DNA of 64,000 bases, taken from contig OZ245046.1 of the NCBI GenBank assembly GCA_965224245.1, forward strand, positions 6,208,001-6,272,000, in the 5' to 3' direction. The notes beneath the pieces were generated by a model, which was not told where the DNA came from, made no database searches, and saw only the letters and a program-made list of their open reading frames with translations. Each line of letters begins with the position of its first letter. The stretch's first letter is position 1. Made by a program: the position numbers and the translations under genes. Positions 59,534-64,000 of this stretch are shown here, piece after piece. The DNA is from Candidatus Eiseniibacteriota bacterium (GTDB lineage: Bacteria > Eisenbacteria > RBG-16-71-46 > CAZAMP01).

Positions 59534-60267
59534 AGAGGCCGCGACGTCCTGCGCATGCGAGTCACGCCGTAACGCTGCTTGATGGCGGCCCAGGTCACCT
59601 CTCGTGTGGGTGTCGAGGGGAATCGGTACAGGACGATCGCAAGATCCCGCTCGACGCCGACCACCTCTTCGGCCGAAACCCAATCGTCGAAGCCGAAGAA
59701 CGCCGAGCGAAACGTCCCTGGGTTGTGGGAGATGACGTCGGTCATCTGCCAGAACCACTGAGGCGAGACGCAGAGCTCGGCCTGTACCGAGATCCAGTAT
59801 CGCGTGCCGACCTCGGTGTCGATGGGGATCGGCAGGTCGAGGCAGTAGCCGAACTGCGCCGCATCGTCGTCGTACGTCTCTTCGTACTCGGCGGTGGACT
59901 GCTCGAGAATCAGAGCACCGGGGAAGCCCCCGGCGTCGGCGAACAGGCGGACGTGGAACTCGTCGGGGGGGACGAACGCTCCGCACTGCTCGGTGCCCCA
60001 GAAGCCGATGGCGCTGATCGTACCGCCGGACCCCACGATGTCGTCGGCCGATTCGGTGAAGAAGGGGTAGCAGACGTCATCCTGAGACGAGAGCCCGTTG
60101 GCGTTGGGGAGCTGCTCGTAGAAGACCTCCCCCAGGCATGCGTAGGGATCGCGTACGGCGGCAGTGGTGTGGTCGCCGTCGAACGCAACGGGGATGCAGT
60201 CGCCGGCCAGGGAGCTCTGAGCGAAGACGAGGCCGACGGCTGCGTATACGGCGGGGCTCTCTCTCAT
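59449..60267 (-). CDS. Secreted hypothetical protein with TPxxxxTWAAIK tail; homologous to the N-terminal domain of the 263-3349 protein
   Basis: SSQDDVCYPF..ADD..FWG..YWISVQA..PQW matches SSQDDLCYPF..ADN..WWG..YWVSIQA..PQW; reads through past QRYG. Confidence 0.75.
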   Translation of the reverse strand: MRESPAVYAAVGLVFAQSSLAGDCIPVAFDGDHTTAAVRDPYACLGEVFYEQLPNANGLSSQDDVCYPFFTESADDIVGSGGTISAIGFWGTEQCGAFVPPDEFHVRLFADAGGFPGALILEQSTAEYEETYDDDAAQFGYCLDLPIPIDTEVGTRYWISVQAELCVSPQWFWQMTDVISHNPGTFRSAFFGFDDWVSAEEVVGVERDLAIVLYRFPSTPTREVTWAAIKQRYGVTRMRRTSRPLHGATSRRRGRNKMLAILQPAVVSTSWR

Positions 60268-60288
60268 CGTCGAGTCTCCGTGGGGTGC

Positions 60289-60461
60289 TGCTCGACTCGT
60301 CGCATGAGCGAGATCATCCATCTTCCGCTCTCGCTCGCGGCGTTCTCGGCCCGAACTGGACGTCGCGAGGCGCGGTCATCGTGTACCTGATCGTGACGGC
60401 CGCAAGATGCTCCAGCCGATCGTGACGGGTCGGATGATACGACGAGGTTCTCGGCATGGGG
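60289..60461 (+). mobile_element. Internally deleted integrase-core IS relic
   Basis: TGCTCGACTCGTCGCATGAGCGAGATCATCCATCTT..GCGTTCTCGGC..TCATCGTGTACCTGATCG..CGAGGTTCTCGGCATGGGG. Confidence 0.8.
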
Positions 60462-60788
60462 TAGTCTCGGCGCGTGCCAGGACCCTAACGCTCATTCGAT
60501 CGCAGTCGATCGTCCGGAGGTCGCGGATCGAGGACCGAGGTCGACTCCCCCGAACTTCCACGCCACGGAGCCCTGCTCCCCCCACTCGGATGGAGGGATG
60601 TGAGGCACCCGAGCAGGGTCTTTTTCAACCGCGTTCATCGTACCCAAAGACGAGGTTCTGACTATGTTCTCGATCTTGTAGAATACCCGTCGCCGTTCCG
60701 GTGATGGCAAAGCCCCTGCGCTTCCCGGCGCGTCCGGGCGTCATCGGTCGATCGCAGAAACGGCCAATCGACGGACGCGGAGAGAACC

Positions 60789-61820
60789 GTGCAAATCAAA
60801 GCCATCGCACATGCCCTGCCGACTCGCAAGGTCACGAACGACGATCTCCTGGATCGTGTCGCACCCCGGAACGGCTCCGCAGATCCACGAGAAGTCGACC
60901 GAGTGCGGATGTTCATTCACCGATACCTCGAGAGAACCGGTGCCCGGACTCGGTTCCATCGCGAGGTCGGTGAGCGGGCGATCGAGTTTGGCATCGTCGC
61001 CGCCCGCCGCGCACTGGCCAATGCCGGCCTGCGCCCCGACGAGATCGACCTGCTGATATTCGTCGGTGTGGGCCGGGGCTTTCTCGAGCCGGCCTCCGCG
61101 AACGTCTTCCAGACCGCACTCGAGATGCACAACGCAACCTGCTTCGACCTCATCGATGCGTGTGCAAGCTGGCTTCGGGGCATCGACGTCGCCCACCACA
61201 TGCTTCGTGCGGACGTCTATCGTCACGTCATGATCCTGAACTGCGAGTTCAACTTCGACGAGTACCACACCAAGGCTCTGGAAGCACACGAGGAGCTCGA
61301 CGACGTCGTCGCCGGCTACACGATCGGAGAAGCGGCGACCGCCACCATCGTCTCGAGGTCGTCGAGCGACCGGGACTACTGTGCGTCCTTCCGCAACGAC
61401 GGATCCAAGTCGGACCTCTGCGAGATCCCGCTTCCGAGCAGCGATCAGTTCCGGATGAGCCCCAACCCCCACCGGTCACCGCTTCGTTTCGTCGCCAAGT
61501 CACAGACGTTGAACGTGGCCGCCATCAGGGCTCTGCGCGATCAGTACGCGGCCGATCCCCGCTTCCATTCGTTGACCTACGACATGACGTTCGGTCACGC
61601 GACCAGCCTTCCCACCACACGCCGCGTGGCGAAAGCCCTCGGTCTCGACATGGCCAAGCACTTCGAGATCTTCCCCCGGTTCGGCAACACCGTCTCGGCT
61701 TCCATCCCGCTCGCGATGTCCGTGGCGCTCGAGGAAGGCAGGCTCGAACGTGGTGCACGAGTTCTATTGATCGCTGGAAGTGCAGGACTCACGACCGCCT
61801 TCTGCACGTTCCGGTTCTAA
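60789..61820 (+). CDS. 3-oxoacyl-ACP synthase III (FabH-like) family ketosynthase
   Basis: Catalytic Cys-His-Asn in DACAS, FGHAT, FGNTVSASIP; GSAG. Confidence 0.85.
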   Translation: MQIKAIAHALPTRKVTNDDLLDRVAPRNGSADPREVDRVRMFIHRYLERTGARTRFHREVGERAIEFGIVAARRALANAGLRPDEIDLLIFVGVGRGFLEPASANVFQTALEMHNATCFDLIDACASWLRGIDVAHHMLRADVYRHVMILNCEFNFDEYHTKALEAHEELDDVVAGYTIGEAATATIVSRSSSDRDYCASFRNDGSKSDLCEIPLPSSDQFRMSPNPHRSPLRFVAKSQTLNVAAIRALRDQYAADPRFHSLTYDMTFGHATSLPTTRRVAKALGLDMAKHFEIFPRFGNTVSASIPLAMSVALEEGRLERGARVLLIAGSAGLTTAFCTFRF

Positions 61821-61847
61821 TGGGCCTCGAAAGACTGGTGGAGAAAC

Positions 61848-62540
61848 ATGAACACACATGACGAGCCGTCGGGCGAAGACCATCGATCCGATGAGCGCCA
61901 GTCTAGCGAACAGACGCGTGTGCTGACTCGGTCCGTTCAATGGCTGGTGTTCGGGTTCACCGGGACGGTCGTGCTCTTGATCGCGGCCGCCGTGGTCGGT
62001 CTCGACAAGGGTGAGGTCGTCCAGAACCTGGGCCGCCACAACTTCGCACGCGGTCTCATCACGTACCTCTTCACGCTCACCACGATTCTCATCGCGATCC
62101 TGCTGATCGTCGCGGCCATCGTCCACCCGGGCAGGTTCGAGGGGTTCAACCGGGGGAAGGAAGTTCTCGCGCTGATGCTCGGCGTCTTCGGCACAATCGT
62201 GGGTTTCTACTTCGGCGCGGAGAAGTCGACCACGGCACCCCTTCAGTACACGGTATCGGATCTTCTCCTGAGTGAGTCGACGGCAATGAGTGGCGATTCC
62301 ATCACCGTGGTCGCTCGGGTCGAGAACTCGGCAGGTCCCCTCACCTATGGCATCGCCTTCGACGACTCACCGATCGACTACGACGGCGCGGTCCCGGATG
62401 ACGGATGGATTCAGCGAGAGCTCACGTTGCCCGACGTGCAGACGATGACAATGGCCACGATCACACTGAGCGTGCGTGATACCGAGTCCACGACCGAGAA
62501 GACGGCCGAGATCGTGATCCGGCCTCGAGGTGAGCCATGA
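61848..62540 (+). CDS. Hypothetical membrane protein
   Basis: Three TM helices, LGVFGTIVGFYFG motif, soluble beta-rich C-terminus; GGAG RBS. Confidence 0.65.
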   Translation: MNTHDEPSGEDHRSDERQSSEQTRVLTRSVQWLVFGFTGTVVLLIAAAVVGLDKGEVVQNLGRHNFARGLITYLFTLTTILIAILLIVAAIVHPGRFEGFNRGKEVLALMLGVFGTIVGFYFGAEKSTTAPLQYTVSDLLLSESTAMSGDSITVVARVENSAGPLTYGIAFDDSPIDYDGAVPDDGWIQRELTLPDVQTMTMATITLSVRDTESTTEKTAEIVIRPRGEP

Positions 62541-63175
62541 TCACCTTGACGCAGGGGCTGACCGCGGTGCTGGTCTCCTGTGCCGGCTTCACTGCCGGCG
62601 ACATCTCGCCGATCGATGCCTTGTTCTTGCGCCTGTCCCGGACTCCGGCGATGCGCATGACCAAGGGCTACACGTTCCTCAACGTCAAGGCGGTCACGGT
62701 CGAGGTCTTCCTACCCGACGACCATCCGCAGTTCGAGGTCGTTCGCCGGGGGTTTGAGACCGACGAGGATCGCAAGAGGGTCGTGTCCACGGTCATGGCG
62801 CTCGAGAACCTGCTGATCGGGGTCACGTTTCTGCGGGACGTGTCGCTCAACAAGTACGTGTCGATCACCGAGGACAACATCGACGAGGCCGTGAAGGCCG
62901 GTATCGTCTCCAGGGATGAATACAGGTCCGTGTGGCCAGCGTTTCTCGACGAGATGCGCAAGAGAACGGACGGGTCTTTCCGCAAAGGTGGTCAGATCTC
63001 GTACCGTGTCCATGCGGATCACGTACGAGTCTTGTCGGTCGATGCCGAGGGTGAGCCTGAGGTGGACTTCCTCATCACCGGTGAGGATGCGGTTCGATTG
63101 CTCGAGGGCGTGTTTTTCGCGCGGGGATCGGACTTCCGTGATGGCCTGATCGAGTCGGCCCTTCGACGACGCTGA
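62537..63175 (+). CDS. Hypothetical protein, possibly chalcone-isomerase-like fold
   Basis: Start overlaps the upstream stop region; FLRDVS and FRKGGQISY loosely resemble CHI-like proteins. Confidence 0.5.
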   Translation: MITLTQGLTAVLVSCAGFTAGDISPIDALFLRLSRTPAMRMTKGYTFLNVKAVTVEVFLPDDHPQFEVVRRGFETDEDRKRVVSTVMALENLLIGVTFLRDVSLNKYVSITEDNIDEAVKAGIVSRDEYRSVWPAFLDEMRKRTDGSFRKGGQISYRVHADHVRVLSVDAEGEPEVDFLITGEDAVRLLEGVFFARGSDFRDGLIESALRRR

Positions 63176-63179
63176 TGTC

Positions 63180-63232
63180 GTAGGAATGGACGTCGGCAGG
63201 CATCGCTCATCGTGTACCTGATCGATGAGAGG
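63180..63232 (+). mobile_element. Internal fragment of the IS transposase N-terminus
   Basis: GGACGTCGGCAGGCATCGCTCATCGTGTACCTGATCGATGAG matches the copies at about 18070, 26770 and 60360. Confidence 0.7.
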
Positions 63233-63243
63233 CAAGCGCCAGC

Positions 63244-63684
63244 TCACCTCTTGCCGAACAACGACTTGATCTGTGCCCAGGTTCTTTCGACCGTTGGAGT
63301 CGCGTCCGCGATCGTGAACTCCAGCGTCAGGCTGTGTTCGCCGCCAAACTCCATGGAGTCGCGGCGCTCGACACCCGTGACGACGTACGTACCGGCGGCC
63401 AGACCATCGTAGGAGCAGGTCACGTCGTACTCGAAGATCGTCAGTCCACATCCCTCACCGGGTTCCCTCGTGTCCAGGAGTTCGCAGTCGATCACGGCTG
63501 TGCCATCGGTGAAGCCCCCGCAAGTGGAGCCCGTGAGCTTCCAGCAGTGATCGCCCAGCTCGCCGGAGACGACGACGTCGAACGCCTCTCCGGCGATGGG
63601 CCGACTCGGCTCGAGACGGATCTCGACGATCTCCGCATGACTCGCGGTCGTGAGAAGGAGTCCCAGGAATGCCAGCCGTTTCAT
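63244..63684 (-). CDS. Small secreted Ig-like protein with TPxxxxTWAQIKSLF tail
   Basis: GGAG RBS; signal peptide MKRLAFLGLLL; ends ATPTVERTWAQIKSLFGKR. Confidence 0.75.
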   Translation of the reverse strand: MKRLAFLGLLLTTASHAEIVEIRLEPSRPIAGEAFDVVVSGELGDHCWKLTGSTCGGFTDGTAVIDCELLDTREPGEGCGLTIFEYDVTCSYDGLAAGTYVVTGVERRDSMEFGGEHSLTLEFTIADATPTVERTWAQIKSLFGKR

Positions 63685-63787
63685 TGCGGTTCTCCAGGCT
63701 GTGGCCGCCCATCGTCCACGCGGTCGCCAGATGAGCCGCATCATTGTCCCCCGATCGGTAGTCCGGCTCCAGCCCATCCCACAGGGG

Positions 63788-64000
63788 ACTGAACGCCCTT
63801 GCGAACGTCGCCTCGTCCTCGGGGCCCCGGAAGCCGACGCGCTGGCTCGACCTCGAGCCCGACCCACGCGGACTGGAGCGACTTCCTCGACCGCGCGAGG
63901 GCCGTCACGCCGTTCAGCCGGATCGCACCCGCGAGCTGTGGCTCGATCGTCACCCTCAGTGGCCGCTCCCCGACCACGATCGAACCGCAGAGTCCACGAG
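63788..64000 (-). pseudogene. Degenerate TIR-domain relic
   Basis: PQLAGAIRLNGVT..SLQSAWVGLEVEPAR against PQLTRAVRLHDVT..FKSDWIALEIETAR; then GFRGPEDEATFARAF matching the 7932-8072 relic. Confidence 0.7.

Noticed and set aside
17946-63232. Classical integron with attC sites
   Set aside because: No tyrosine-recombinase gene, no consistent RYYYAAC/GTTRRRY boxes, cargo on both strands, and the spacers translate to DDE transposase fragments.
1-64000. tRNA, rRNA or prophage genes
   Set aside because: No such signatures were recognised by eye; a covariance-model scan was not possible.

Overview
GC-rich accessory region with no rRNA, tRNA, CRISPR array or core housekeeping genes that I could see. 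It is dominated by large, signal-peptide-bearing, repeat-rich secreted proteins (FG-GAP/ASPIC, LVIVD, SBBP, PD40, BNR/VPS10-like, right-handed beta-helix, PhoD). Twelve genes or gene fragments end in a FlgD-Ig/T9SS-A-like C-terminal domain, and five or six others instead end in a short TPxxxx[ST]WxxIK tail. This gene style suggests an FCB-related candidate phylum such as Eisenbacteria, Krumholzibacteriota or Latescibacterota (inference). Also present: a TrmB-S9-M28 peptidase operon, an intact IS256-family element with an 8-bp target duplication, a five-gene glycosylation operon, an ECF sigma/Ser-Thr kinase pair, two heme-c proteins, a pentapeptide-TIR gene with two relics, and several pseudogenes. 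The most striking structure is not in the ORF track. From about 18 kb to 63 kb, many gene junctions hold a differently deleted, co-oriented relic of one integrase-core (DDE) IS element (about 12 copies). The relics keep the terminal inverted repeats, the left-end promoter and/or the first and last transposase codons, so the region reads as a cassette-like array of cargo genes separated by IS-derived spacers.
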